A stretch of 64,000 bases of DNA from Phycisphaerales bacterium. Lineage in GTDB: Bacteria; Planctomycetota; Phycisphaerae; Phycisphaerales; UBA1924. The stretch lies in the NCBI GenBank assembly GCA_965227775.1, contig OZ245777.1, positions 256,001 through 320,000 on the forward strand, in the 5' to 3' direction. The first letter of the stretch is position 1; the number at the start of each line of letters is the position of its first letter. Made by a program: the position numbers and the translations under genes. This document shows positions 9,318-18,686 of the stretch, in pieces. The notes below the pieces were generated by a model. That model searched no databases. It was given only the letters and a program-made list of their open reading frames with translations, and was not told where the DNA came from.

Positions 9318-10427
9318 TCAGAGTGTGGCGAGCGCCGCCGCGACGATATCTCGCGCGGCGCCAAGATCGCGCCGGTCGATCATCTCGGTCACGGTGTGGA
9401 TGTATCGCGTGCCACACACGATGCCAATAGCCCTGGCGCCGGCAGCGGCCTGCTGGGCGGCGGCGCCGTCCTGCCCGCCACGCGCGAGGATCGTGCGCTG
9501 GTACGCGATGCGCTTCTTCTTGGCGATCGACTCGATCTGGTCGACCAGCTCGTAGTTGGCAATGAAGCTTGCGTCCTGGATGTGCAGGCCGAAGCCCTTG
9601 CCGTGGTGGTTCACGGCTTCGGGCTCGGGAACGCCGGGCGTATCGCAGGCCAGCGAGACATCGATGCCCAAGCCAATATCGGGCTTAACGGCGTAGCTCG
9701 CGGTCTTCGCGCCACGAAGGCCGACTTCTTCCTGCGTGGTGAACGCAACGACTACCTCGCACGAGTGACCGCTTCCGCTCTTGTGGAGCTTGCGGATACT
9801 CTCGATGCCCAGCCAGCAGGCAAAGCGATTATCCAGCGCCTTGCTGACGACCTTGGTGCCGATCTCGATGAGCGGCTCATCCATCACGACGTAGTCGCCG
9901 ATGCGGACCCTCTCCTTCACCTCGTCGGCGGGCATGCCGGTGTCAACGAAGAATTCCTTGACCTCTGGCACCTTGTTGCGCTCTTCAGGTCCTGAGATGT
10001 GCACGGGCCGGCCGCCGGGATTCATGACCGCCTTGAGGTCCCCGCCGCTGGTGCACACGAGCACGCGCCGGCTGAACAGGTTGCGCGTGTCGAAGCCGCC
10101 GGCCGGGTTCAGACGGATGAATCCCTTGTCATCGATGTGGCTGACGTAGAAGCCGATCTCGTCCATGTGGCTGAGGATCATGACGCGGGTGGCGTCGCTG
10201 CTGGTGGCCGTCTTCTTCGAGGTCTTCTTTCCGCTCTTCTTCTTAGTGCCGCCCTTCGGCCGCGGGTGCCGCGTGCAGATGAGCGAGCCCATGGCGTCGA
10301 CGCGCATCTCGTCGAAGAGGTCCTTGACCTCTTCCTCGATCAGGGCACGCACGCGTTCCTCGCGGCCGGGGATGCCAGGGGTTTCGCACAGTCGCTTGAG
10401 CAGGTCGATGTTCAGGTCGTCTTTCAC
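9318..10427 (-). CDS. M42 family (TET-like) metallo-aminopeptidase
   Basis: SHMDEIG, SKALDNR, QEEVGLRGA, IDV, GGQD, RYIHT motifs; GTG start at 10427 behind AAGGAG. Confidence 0.93.
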   Translation of the reverse strand: MKDDLNIDLLKRLCETPGIPGREERVRALIEEEVKDLFDEMRVDAMGSLICTRHPRPKGGTKKKSGKKTSKKTATSSDATRVMILSHMDEIGFYVSHIDDKGFIRLNPAGGFDTRNLFSRRVLVCTSGGDLKAVMNPGGRPVHISGPEERNKVPEVKEFFVDTGMPADEVKERVRIGDYVVMDEPLIEIGTKVVSKALDNRFACWLGIESIRKLHKSGSGHSCEVVVAFTTQEEVGLRGAKTASYAVKPDIGLGIDVSLACDTPGVPEPEAVNHHGKGFGLHIQDASFIANYELVDQIESIAKKKRIAYQRTILARGGQDGAAAQQAAAGARAIGIVCGTRYIHTVTEMIDRRDLGAARDIVAAALATL

Positions 10428-10511
10428 AGGAATCGCTCCTTCTCCCTGGGGTTTTTGCATCTGGAAGCCCCCAGTCTACGGGCCCCAGACCCCGCGGGTG
10501 TACCATCCGAA

Positions 10512-11675
10512 ATGGCGACCCGGAGCCCGATGACCGAGACGTATCAAGAGCGGGAGGCCGTGCTGCATCCCTACGGCGATCCGCAGCGGGGCCTGCTCGT
10601 ACCCATGGCCTTCGAGCACGTCGAGCTCGAGTACGCGGCGATTCGCAAAGGTGCCGCACTGGTCGATCTGCCGCAGTCGGGAACGATCGAGGCGACCGGC
10701 GCCGACCGCGTGAGTTTCCTGAACAACCTGGTTACCCAGGAACTCAAAGGCTTGGAAGCCCTGCGGTCCGTCCGCAGCTTCTGGCTGAACCGCAAGGGCC
10801 GCATCGATGCCGACCTGCGGCTTGTCGATGACGGTGAGCGTCTGCTGATGGCAACCGATGCGCTCGTCGCCGGGCAGACAGCTGGCGCGTTGGCCGAATT
10901 CGTATTCGCCGAAGATGTACAGCTGCAAGACGCGACCGAGTCGATGCACCGCCTTGCGCTCCACGGCCCGCGCGCGGCGCAGGCGCTGATGTCCGTGGCC
11001 GATACGGACGAACACGTCGCGCTCGAAACCGGCGGCGCAATGGTGGTCATGATTGCGGGAACGCCAGTCTTGGTTGAGCGCGAAGACAGCGCGGGCGAGT
11101 TGGGCTTGGTACTCACCATGCCCACAGAGCATGCGCGAGCGGTGTACGGCGCGATTGAGCAGATCGAGGGCGTGCGCCCCTCCGGCTGGCTCGCGTACAA
11201 CATCGCGCGGATTGAGGCGGGCTGGCCGCTATTCCAGATCGACTTCACGAGCGAGAGTCTGCCGGCAGAAACCGGCGTGTTGCACGACCGCGTCTCGTTT
11301 ACCAAGGGCTGCTACCTGGGCCAGGAAGTCGTGGCCCGCATGCACGCGCTGGGCAAGCCGAAGCAGCTGCTCGTCTCGCTGCGCCTCGTCGAAGGGCAGC
11401 AGCCTTCGCTGCCCGGCGAGAAGGCCGAGGTGTTTGCCGAAGCCGAAGCAGACAAGACCATCGGCACCGTGACCAGTTCGACCATCGCGCCGATGCTCAG
11501 CGCCACGCCCATCGCGCTCGCGCAGGTGCGCACGGCGCACGCCGACGCCGGGACGACCGTGTTCGTGCAAGCCGAGGGCGAACGCGTCGCGTTTACCGTT
11601 CAGCCATCGCTGGCGTCGTGGCCACCCGTCGAGGCGTCGTCTTCAGCATCCGATTCCACGCCCGACGGGCAATAG
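10512..11675 (+). CDS. ygfZ: GcvT/YgfZ family folate-binding protein
   Basis: KGCYLGQE signature; GADRVSFLNNLVTQ and LNRKGRIDAD GcvT-fold motifs; ATG at 10512. Confidence 0.88.
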   Translation: MATRSPMTETYQEREAVLHPYGDPQRGLLVPMAFEHVELEYAAIRKGAALVDLPQSGTIEATGADRVSFLNNLVTQELKGLEALRSVRSFWLNRKGRIDADLRLVDDGERLLMATDALVAGQTAGALAEFVFAEDVQLQDATESMHRLALHGPRAAQALMSVADTDEHVALETGGAMVVMIAGTPVLVEREDSAGELGLVLTMPTEHARAVYGAIEQIEGVRPSGWLAYNIARIEAGWPLFQIDFTSESLPAETGVLHDRVSFTKGCYLGQEVVARMHALGKPKQLLVSLRLVEGQQPSLPGEKAEVFAEAEADKTIGTVTSSTIAPMLSATPIALAQVRTAHADAGTTVFVQAEGERVAFTVQPSLASWPPVEASSSASDSTPDGQ

Positions 11676-12808
11676 GTCAGCTCGACGTCCTCGCCCACTC
11701 GGCGCACGCGACCCAGCCGCATGTGCACGCCCGACGACAACGCCGGCGAGACGCGTCCGACCGCGACGGGCTTGGCTTCCTCGTCGGCAAGCAGCATGGG
11801 CGCCACGTAGGCGATCGCGGTATCGACGACACCTGCCTCGAAGAGCGCCCCGAGCAGGCCCGCGCCGCCCTCGACCAAGGTCGTGGTCACGCCGAAGGTC
11901 GAATACAGCTTCTTCAGCGTCTCTTGCAGGTCCAGCCCGCCCTTGCCCACCAACCCCGCCGGGCATGGCAAGATGCGCACGCCGGCCTTGGCCAGCTCGG
12001 CCCGCTTCGCCTCACTGATGCCGTTGCCCGCGAGCTTCTCCTCGCAGCACACGATGGTCGGTACTTCCCGTGCCGTGCGCACGAGCGTGCGGTCGAGGGG
12101 GATCTCCAGGTCCGGGTCGAGCACGACTCGCATGGGCGTTGTTCTGGGCTTGCCATGCCGCACGGTCAGCGCCGGATCGTCGGCCATCACCGTGCCCATG
12201 CCGGTCAGGATCGCGTCGACCCTTCCCCGCAGCGCGTGCACGCGGCGGCGCGAGGCGGGGCCCGAGATCCACTGGCTCTCGCCCACCCTGGTCGCGATGC
12301 GGCCGTCGAGCGTCTGCGCCCACTTGGCGATCACCCAGGGCCGACCATCGACCACGCGTTGGCGAAACGGTGCGCTCGCGGCGACCGCCAGCGCGCTCGC
12401 ATTGCTCTTGCGGACCTTGACGCCGGATTGCTCCAGGACTTCACCGCCGCCGCACGCGAGCTCGTTTGGATCGCTGGCGGCGTAGACGACCTCGGCGATG
12501 CCAGCGTCGATGAGTGCGGTCGTGCAGGGCGGCTGCTTGCCCGTGTGGGCGCAGGGCTCGAGCGTGACGTACGCCGTGGCGCCGCGCACGTCGTGACCTT
12601 TGGACACCGCGCTTGCGAGTGCCCGGGTCTCGGCATGCCGCCCGCCGAAGCGTCGGTGCGCACCCATGCCCAGGACCTCGCCTCCACGCGCGATCACGCA
12701 GCCAACGAACGCTCCATCACCCACGCGGCCGAGGCCCAGCATCGCCAGCCTCGCCGCGGCGTCGAGGAATCGTGCATCACGTTGTGTGGGCGAGGCTTCG
12801 GGGTGCAC
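11600..12808 (-). CDS. ribD: Bifunctional riboflavin deaminase/reductase RibD
   Basis: HAE, VTLEPCAHTGKQPPC zinc motifs; KWAQTLDGRIA, SQWISG, VEGG reductase motifs. Confidence 0.96.
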   Translation of the reverse strand: MHPEASPTQRDARFLDAAARLAMLGLGRVGDGAFVGCVIARGGEVLGMGAHRRFGGRHAETRALASAVSKGHDVRGATAYVTLEPCAHTGKQPPCTTALIDAGIAEVVYAASDPNELACGGGEVLEQSGVKVRKSNASALAVAASAPFRQRVVDGRPWVIAKWAQTLDGRIATRVGESQWISGPASRRRVHALRGRVDAILTGMGTVMADDPALTVRHGKPRTTPMRVVLDPDLEIPLDRTLVRTAREVPTIVCCEEKLAGNGISEAKRAELAKAGVRILPCPAGLVGKGGLDLQETLKKLYSTFGVTTTLVEGGAGLLGALFEAGVVDTAIAYVAPMLLADEEAKPVAVGRVSPALSSGVHMRLGRVRRVGEDVELTYCPSGVESDAEDDASTGGHDASDG

Positions 12809-12853
12809 GTTGCCACAGTAGGTATTCAGGCGAATCCGAGACCTCGCTCGTTG

Positions 12854-13837
12854 CTACGCCAACCGCACCAGAGCCCGCCGCTCGTCAGCGGAGATTACCC
12901 CCTCCATGTCCGCCAGCCACCGCCTCGCGTCGGTCGTGTAGCCCGCCGTGGGCTTGACCTCGGGGCGACGCGCGCGCCAATAGGCGTTGAAACGCTCCAT
13001 GGTGAGCTCGCGCACCAGCTTGGCCTGCATCGATGCGAGCGCAACGGGCAGGTGGGCGTCCTCGGCCTTGGGCTGCACGCGGATGCGAGCGTTCGGCACG
13101 TCTTCGAACTCGTATGTGCTGGCCTCCGGCGCCTCGGCAAGCGTGCGGATCGGCCGGGCGAACACGTGCGCCAGCGCGTCCCGATACCGCGTGCGCCCGC
13201 TCTGGCGGTCGAGCACGATGCGCGTATGGACATCGCCATGCGCGCGATTCGTCCTTTCGACAATGTCGAGGATCGCCGGCGCGTGCTCGGCGATGGCAGC
13301 CAAGGTCGTGTTGGCCTTGGAGCGACCGCCCGCGAGCTGCGCGTTGAAGCGGACCTCATCGGTGCGTGCCACCCGGAGCAGCTCGCACGCCACACCCTTC
13401 TGCTTCATGGCCTGGACGAGCGTGTTGGCGGCGATGCGAGCTTCCGCCCCATCGGTGTGGGATGGACACGGGTACGTAGGCCCGCCATACCAGCCGAGGT
13501 CACACGACGCAACCGCGAGGCGTTCGAAAAGGTCCACGTCGGTTTCGGGAATGTTGTGCGTCAGCGCGTGCACGAAGCCCAGCACGCTTCGCTCAGCCTC
13601 GGCCAGGCGGCCCGGACCCTGGGCCATGGGCTTGCAGAGCTTCTTGCTGTCGGCAACGGCCAGCCGCTTTCGCTTGTCCCTCGGCGAGCGGCAGACCGCC
13701 GCATCCAGCCGCTCCCACAGGTCGGGCACGCCGTCGTCGGGCCCCCAGGAATCGACGCGCATCGCGGCGACGCCCACGCACAGGGGGCCGAGCATGGGCC
13801 CGTAGCCCGCCTCGTCGATGCCGATGTAGAGGAGCAC
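12854..13837 (-). CDS. rnhB: Ribonuclease HII family protein
   Basis: GIDEAGYGP, ADSKKL, PVALASMQAK motifs; probable GTG start at 13837. Confidence 0.85.
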   Translation of the reverse strand: MLLYIGIDEAGYGPMLGPLCVGVAAMRVDSWGPDDGVPDLWERLDAAVCRSPRDKRKRLAVADSKKLCKPMAQGPGRLAEAERSVLGFVHALTHNIPETDVDLFERLAVASCDLGWYGGPTYPCPSHTDGAEARIAANTLVQAMKQKGVACELLRVARTDEVRFNAQLAGGRSKANTTLAAIAEHAPAILDIVERTNRAHGDVHTRIVLDRQSGRTRYRDALAHVFARPIRTLAEAPEASTYEFEDVPNARIRVQPKAEDAHLPVALASMQAKLVRELTMERFNAYWRARRPEVKPTAGYTTDARRWLADMEGVISADERRALVRLA

Positions 13838-13913
13838 CGGGCATCGTTGCCGGCACCCCCACCGCTGGGCAAGCCACCGACCCTGTCGCTTGCGGGCAAC
13901 GTACGATGTCGCG

Positions 13914-15206
13914 ATGCAAGACCGACGCCCCACACGCCCCATCTACGTTGGCAATGAGAAGACCGGCATCGTCCAGGTGGGCGGCGGCCTGCCTGACTCT
14001 TCCGGAAAGGCCACGACGCTCGCGCCCGTTAGCGTCCAGACCATGACCGCCGGCTACACGCACGACGTCGACAAGTGCGTCGCGGAGATTCACAAACTGC
14101 AGTCGGCCGGGGCGGATGTGGTGCGCGTCGCCGTGCCCGAGAAGAAGGATACCGAGGCGCTCAAGGAGATCCTCGACCAGACCAGCGTGCCGATCGTGGC
14201 CGACGTGCACTTCCACTTCAAGCGGGCTCTCGAGGCTGTCGAGGCAGGCGTGCACAAGATCCGCCTGAACCCCGGCAACATCAACGATCGCGAGCAGGTG
14301 ATCGAGGTCATCAACGCCTGCAAGGACGCGAAACTACCGATCCGAGTGGGCGTCAACGAGGGCTCGATCATCGAGCGGCGCGACAAGCAGAAGCGTGCGA
14401 AGGAACTCGGCGCCTTTTTCAGCGACCACAAGCACGGCTACATGCTGGCCATCATGATCGCCAAGCTAGAAGAGTACCTCGACATCTTCTACGAGCAGGA
14501 CTTCCACGACGTGGCCATCAGCGCCAAGAGTATGGACGCCACGATGGTGATCGACGCGTATACCGAGATCTCCAAGCGCTTCGATCACCCCCTGCACCTG
14601 GGCGTAACGCACGCGGGGCCGAAGGAAACCGGCTGCATCCGCTCGGTCGTCGCGCTGGGCACCTTGCTCGCCAATGGCATCGGCGACACCATCCGCATCA
14701 GCTACGCCAATGACCCGATCTACGAGGTCGAGGATGGGCTCGAACTCCTGTATTCGCTGGGCTTACGCGAACGCATCGGCGCCGAGCTTATCGCCTGCCC
14801 AACGTGCGGCCGCATCCAGGTTGATCTGTTCAGCCTGGTCCAGGAAGTTCGGGCGAAGCTCGAGAGCGACATCCAGGTACCCATGAAGGTCGCCGTGATG
14901 GGCTGCGTGGTCAATGGGCCGGGCGAAGCCGAGGGCGCCGACGTGGCGGTGTTCGCAGGCGACCGCCGCGGCATCATCTACGTCCAGGGCGAGAAGGTCG
15001 CCAACGTGAACGAAGACGAGATCCTCGATCGGTTGCTCAAGGAGTGCCTCACGTTCCAGGATGCCGTCCGCAATGGCTCGGCCAAGCTGGGCGAGAAGAA
15101 AGTGGACATCGTGCCGCCCGACCCGCTCGGCGAGCTTGGCAGCGGATGGGAGAAGATGGCGGCCGAGCGGATAAAGGGCGCGGACCTGACGATCGGGCAG
15201 TCGTAG
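13914..15206 (+). CDS. ispG: HMBPP synthase IspG
   Basis: VSVQTMT, VADVHF, RLNPGN, RVGVNEGS, HLGVTHAG, GIGDTIRIS, CPTCGR, VMGCVVNGPGE. Confidence 0.97.
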   Translation: MQDRRPTRPIYVGNEKTGIVQVGGGLPDSSGKATTLAPVSVQTMTAGYTHDVDKCVAEIHKLQSAGADVVRVAVPEKKDTEALKEILDQTSVPIVADVHFHFKRALEAVEAGVHKIRLNPGNINDREQVIEVINACKDAKLPIRVGVNEGSIIERRDKQKRAKELGAFFSDHKHGYMLAIMIAKLEEYLDIFYEQDFHDVAISAKSMDATMVIDAYTEISKRFDHPLHLGVTHAGPKETGCIRSVVALGTLLANGIGDTIRISYANDPIYEVEDGLELLYSLGLRERIGAELIACPTCGRIQVDLFSLVQEVRAKLESDIQVPMKVAVMGCVVNGPGEAEGADVAVFAGDRRGIIYVQGEKVANVNEDEILDRLLKECLTFQDAVRNGSAKLGEKKVDIVPPDPLGELGSGWEKMAAERIKGADLTIGQS

Positions 15207-15213
15207 GACCGAA

Positions 15214-15717
15214 TCAAATCACCCGCGCCGCTGGCGGCTTCCCGCTCGTCAGCCCCGCCGTCGCCAGGCACTCGTGCAGCGCATCGGCGTCGCGGGTCGT
15301 AAACGCTCCGCGGATGAAGCTGTCCAAATCGAGCACGCCCCAGCACATGCTGCGCGAGTCGAACAGCGGGATGACCAACTCAGCGAGGTCCTTCGGGTCG
15401 CACGCCACGTAGCCCTCACCCAGTGCCGCGACGTCGCGCACGACAAGGGTGATGCGCTGCTCGAACGACTGTCCGCACGCGCCGTGCATGCCGATGGGAG
15501 AGCAGGCGGGCTTGTCGCGACGCGGGCCGAGCAGCATCTGCGTGGCGTCTTCCGCGTCGGGCACGTAGAAGCCCAACCACGAGACGTCTTCGCTCGCCAG
15601 CGCGTCCCATGCAAAATCGACAAAGCCCGCCATCCGCGCTGCGCGATCACCCGAAAGGCTTCGGCAGGCAGAGAGCAGGCCCGTGTAGTCGCGGACTCGC
15701 GACGCGGCTTCGCTCAT
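15214..15717 (-). CDS. msrC: GAF-domain protein, free methionine-R-sulfoxide reductase-like
   Basis: WLGFY, PACSPIGMHGACG, YVACD, ELVIPL, GVLDLDS with the three fRMsr-type cysteines. Confidence 0.8.
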   Translation of the reverse strand: MSEAASRVRDYTGLLSACRSLSGDRAARMAGFVDFAWDALASEDVSWLGFYVPDAEDATQMLLGPRRDKPACSPIGMHGACGQSFEQRITLVVRDVAALGEGYVACDPKDLAELVIPLFDSRSMCWGVLDLDSFIRGAFTTRDADALHECLATAGLTSGKPPAARVI

Positions 15718-15724
15718 GCTCGAA

Positions 15725-15970
15725 TCAGAGCGTGGCGGACGTGTAGGGCAGCAGGCCCATGAAGCGGGCTCGCTTGATCGCCTGGGCGATCATGGCCTGC
15801 TCCTTGGCGGTGGTGCCCAAGCGCTTGCGGCCGTAGATCTTGCCGTTGGGGCTCATCATCCGGCGCAGGTTGTCGGCGTCCTTCCAATCGACGTACACGA
15901 CGCCCGTGCCGGCGGTCTTGATCACGCTCTTCTTGTTGGGTCCGCCGCCGAAGCGAGAGAAACGGCTCAT
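15725..15970 (-). CDS. rpsR: 30S ribosomal protein bS18, Cys-free form
   Basis: VDWKDADNLRRMMSPNGKIYGRKRLGTTAKEQAMIAQAIKRARFMGLLPY; GGAGG SD before ATG 15970. Confidence 0.95.
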   Translation of the reverse strand: MSRFSRFGGGPNKKSVIKTAGTGVVYVDWKDADNLRRMMSPNGKIYGRKRLGTTAKEQAMIAQAIKRARFMGLLPYTSATL

Positions 15971-15975
15971 GCTGG

Positions 15976-16025
15976 CCTCCGTCGTGGGCTCTGGGCGTCC
16001 CGCGGGTTTCGCGTGGACGCGACGG
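15976..16025 (-). promoter_or_regulatory. Candidate structured rpsR leader (S6:S18-leader-like architecture)
   Basis: Outer stem CCGTCG/CGACGG overlapping the SD, inner hairpin CGTCC-A-CGCG-AAACC-CGCG-GGACG, C-rich 3' bulge. Confidence 0.45.
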
Positions 16026-16038
16026 GTGAGTGGTTCAA

Positions 16039-16698
16039 CTAGTCCCAGCGGGGCTTGGGCGGCGTGTCGGCCGGCTTGGGCTCCGGGGGCGGAGATGATA
16101 GCGGGGTTGGCCGGGCGGGGTCCAGCGGGATGGAGCCCTCGTCCCGCCCTGGGGCTTCCCGAGCCGGTCGGGGCTCGGCACTCGGCGTCTGGGACGAGCT
16201 CTCGCTGGGCTTGCGCGAACCGATCAGCCGGTCCAGCGACGCCCGGCCGCCACCGCGGATGACCAGGTACAGGCAGCCTGCGGCCAGCACACCGTTGCGG
16301 TACATCTGGCACATGCCCACGGTCTCGTCGCATGGGAAGTTAAAGTTGCCAAAGCAGCCGCACTCGACGTTCAACTCGCGGACGATGACGGTGTAGATGG
16401 CGTACATGAAGACGCCCAAGGCACCCAGCATCGCGAAGGAGGCCGCCCTCGTCCAGAGCCCCAGCAGAATGAGCACGGCGCAGATTGCTTCGAGCCACGG
16501 CACGGCGAACGTTGACACGACCACGATGTGGTGGTGGTCGAAGTGATCAAGCAGCTTGAACGCCTGGATCGACTCGGCGAACGCCTTCGCAGCGTCTTCG
16601 CTCTGTAGCTTCATGAAAGCCGCGAAACCGAACACGCCCGCCAGGAACAGGCGCACGAACACGGTGATCGCAACGTCAGCTCGCTGGCCGGTGGTCAC
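16039..16698 (-). CDS. DoxX/MauE family membrane protein
   Basis: VRLFLAGVFGFAAFMKL, PWLEAICAVLILLG, ECGCFG, RN motifs; Pro-rich tail. Confidence 0.88.
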   Translation of the reverse strand: MTTGQRADVAITVFVRLFLAGVFGFAAFMKLQSEDAAKAFAESIQAFKLLDHFDHHHIVVVSTFAVPWLEAICAVLILLGLWTRAASFAMLGALGVFMYAIYTVIVRELNVECGCFGNFNFPCDETVGMCQMYRNGVLAAGCLYLVIRGGGRASLDRLIGSRKPSESSSQTPSAEPRPAREAPGRDEGSIPLDPARPTPLSSPPPEPKPADTPPKPRWD

Positions 16699-17328
16699 TC
16701 AGCCACCCCCCACCGGCTCGGTCGGGTGCCCAGCGGCTTCCCACGCGCCATAGCCCTCGTGCATGATGTAGACCTCTTCATAGAGGCGGCCGACGAGCCG
16801 CTGGAAGACGTTTTCCGAGGCGTCGCAATCACCGCCACCGCAGAAGATGATGACCGGGAACGCCGGGTCGATCTGGTCGAGCACGGGCTGGGCCAGTCCG
16901 CTGATGAAGTCCTGCGTCTGCAGGTGAAATGCGCCCTCGACGGTGCCGACGGTGCGCTCCGAGTCGGTCCGTGCATCGATGAACGCCATGCCCTCTTCCC
17001 AGAAGTCGTAGGCATCCTCGACAGAGATGTAGTACTCGGGCAGGTCCGGCGGGGCGGTATCCTCGGCCTCCACCACAGGGTCGGGCGCAGGTGTTGGCCC
17101 GGGATCGGACGCGGGCGGGTCTTCCACTTCCGGCGCTGGATCTTCGCTCCGCTCAGGGGCGGTCGACTCGCCGGACGTGTCGGATTGCGGACCCTTGGTC
17201 CCGTGTTTCGCGTCACGACGCGCGAGCGCATCGGCGCCATCGCGGGTGATCGGCCACTGCATGGAGTGGGCCACCGCGGCACCCACAGCTACTAGCAGGA
17301 TGATGGCGAGCCGTCCGACGAATCGCAT
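16699..17328 (-). CDS. Rhodanese-like domain protein with N-terminal membrane anchor
   Basis: FIDART, GTVEGAFHL, IIFCGGGDCDAS, EGYGAWEAAGHP. Confidence 0.88.
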   Translation of the reverse strand: MRFVGRLAIILLVAVGAAVAHSMQWPITRDGADALARRDAKHGTKGPQSDTSGESTAPERSEDPAPEVEDPPASDPGPTPAPDPVVEAEDTAPPDLPEYYISVEDAYDFWEEGMAFIDARTDSERTVGTVEGAFHLQTQDFISGLAQPVLDQIDPAFPVIIFCGGGDCDASENVFQRLVGRLYEEVYIMHEGYGAWEAAGHPTEPVGGG

Positions 17329-17331
17329 CGA

Positions 17332-18489
17332 TTACTCGCCCGCGCTGGTGTCGACGATGCGGCCCACATAGGGCAGCATGACCTCTTCTTCGAGCGGCAC
17401 GTTGGTGAGCAGGACGAAGTTGCCGCGGATGCGGCCGGCCTGCTCGATGCTGGGCATGACCAAGCGAACGCGGTAGCCATCAACCGCCTCGCCGTTGGCA
17501 CCCGCCTGGGCGTCCAGGGGCTCGACGGAGTAATCGATCTTCATGGGTGCCATGCCCGAGGGCTGCAGCGGACGCAGTTCGACCCCCGTGATCTTGAACG
17601 CCTCGTTGCGACCATGGCGGATCTCGATGACCTCGTCCACCTGTCGCCCGACGCTCATCGTACCAAGCGACATGCGAGCCGGGTTGACGACCACGTCGCC
17701 TTCGACCTGCGCACCGACGGGCACGGTCACGAGCTTGCGGCGATCATCGTTCGTACGGATCGCGGCGAGCGCCTGGGCGCGGCCGGGAGGCGCATCGTCA
17801 CGCAGCGAGACGAGGATGTCGGTGCGCGCGACCGACTCACCTTCGACCTCGAAGGGGTCGGTGCCCAGGATCTCGACGTCGAAGTACTTCGCGCCGTCGC
17901 CCACCAGCGTGACGTGGAACGCCTCGAAATCCACATGCGAGCCGGTAAGGCTGATGAGCGTTTCCTTGCGGGTGTGCTTGGTGACCTCGCCCAGGTTGAC
18001 CTGTAGGGGCTCGATCGAGATCAGCGGCTTGACGAACGCGCGGACCTTCACGGCCACCATCGGGTTGGCGCGATCATTGGTGCGGAACGTCACGGTCTGC
18101 TCATGCCGACCAGCGGTCTTGCCGCGGGGGTCGAACTCGACCTGCAGTTCGATCGACTCGCCGGGGTCGAAGTCGTTCTTGGGAAGCTCGGCAACCGTGC
18201 AACCGCAGGTGCTGCTGACACTCGGAACCATGAGCGTCGAATTGCCTGCGTTGCGGAAGCGGATGGTGCCCGCGACGGGATCTGTGTCCAGGATGGTGCC
18301 CAGGTCGACGATCGGCGTTTCGAGCTCAAACGTCGGCTGCGCGTTCTCGCCATCCACGGTCCGGGCCTGCTCTTGCTCGGCCGCCTGGGTCGTGCCGGCC
18401 TGCTGGGCCAGCAGTGTTGTGGGCGAGAGCGTCAGGCCGATGCCCAGGCCCATAGCCGCGAGGATGGTCACTCGAGAATCGATGCTCAT
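17332..18489 (-). CDS. Exported DUF1573 (Ig-like) domain protein
   Basis: Signal peptide; FRNAGNSTL...VSSTCGCTV...PGES DUF1573 signature; GAGGG SD before ATG 18489. Confidence 0.85.
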   Translation of the reverse strand: MSIDSRVTILAAMGLGIGLTLSPTTLLAQQAGTTQAAEQEQARTVDGENAQPTFELETPIVDLGTILDTDPVAGTIRFRNAGNSTLMVPSVSSTCGCTVAELPKNDFDPGESIELQVEFDPRGKTAGRHEQTVTFRTNDRANPMVAVKVRAFVKPLISIEPLQVNLGEVTKHTRKETLISLTGSHVDFEAFHVTLVGDGAKYFDVEILGTDPFEVEGESVARTDILVSLRDDAPPGRAQALAAIRTNDDRRKLVTVPVGAQVEGDVVVNPARMSLGTMSVGRQVDEVIEIRHGRNEAFKITGVELRPLQPSGMAPMKIDYSVEPLDAQAGANGEAVDGYRVRLVMPSIEQAGRIRGNFVLLTNVPLEEEVMLPYVGRIVDTSAGE

Positions 18490-18686
18490 TGCGGTTCCCC
18501 TCTCTCGTCGCCACATCGGGCGCACTCCGCCCGTCCAACCGGGCTGGTCACTCATTATTGTTCGGCCGCCCGGGCCCAGGGACAGCATACCACGGGGGGC
18601 GTCTGCTGCCCACCGTGAAGCGCCGTCCGGCACAAGCCGTCACGGTCGTCCGGTATTTCCTGAGCGAAAAAGCTGGGCCTGGCCGC

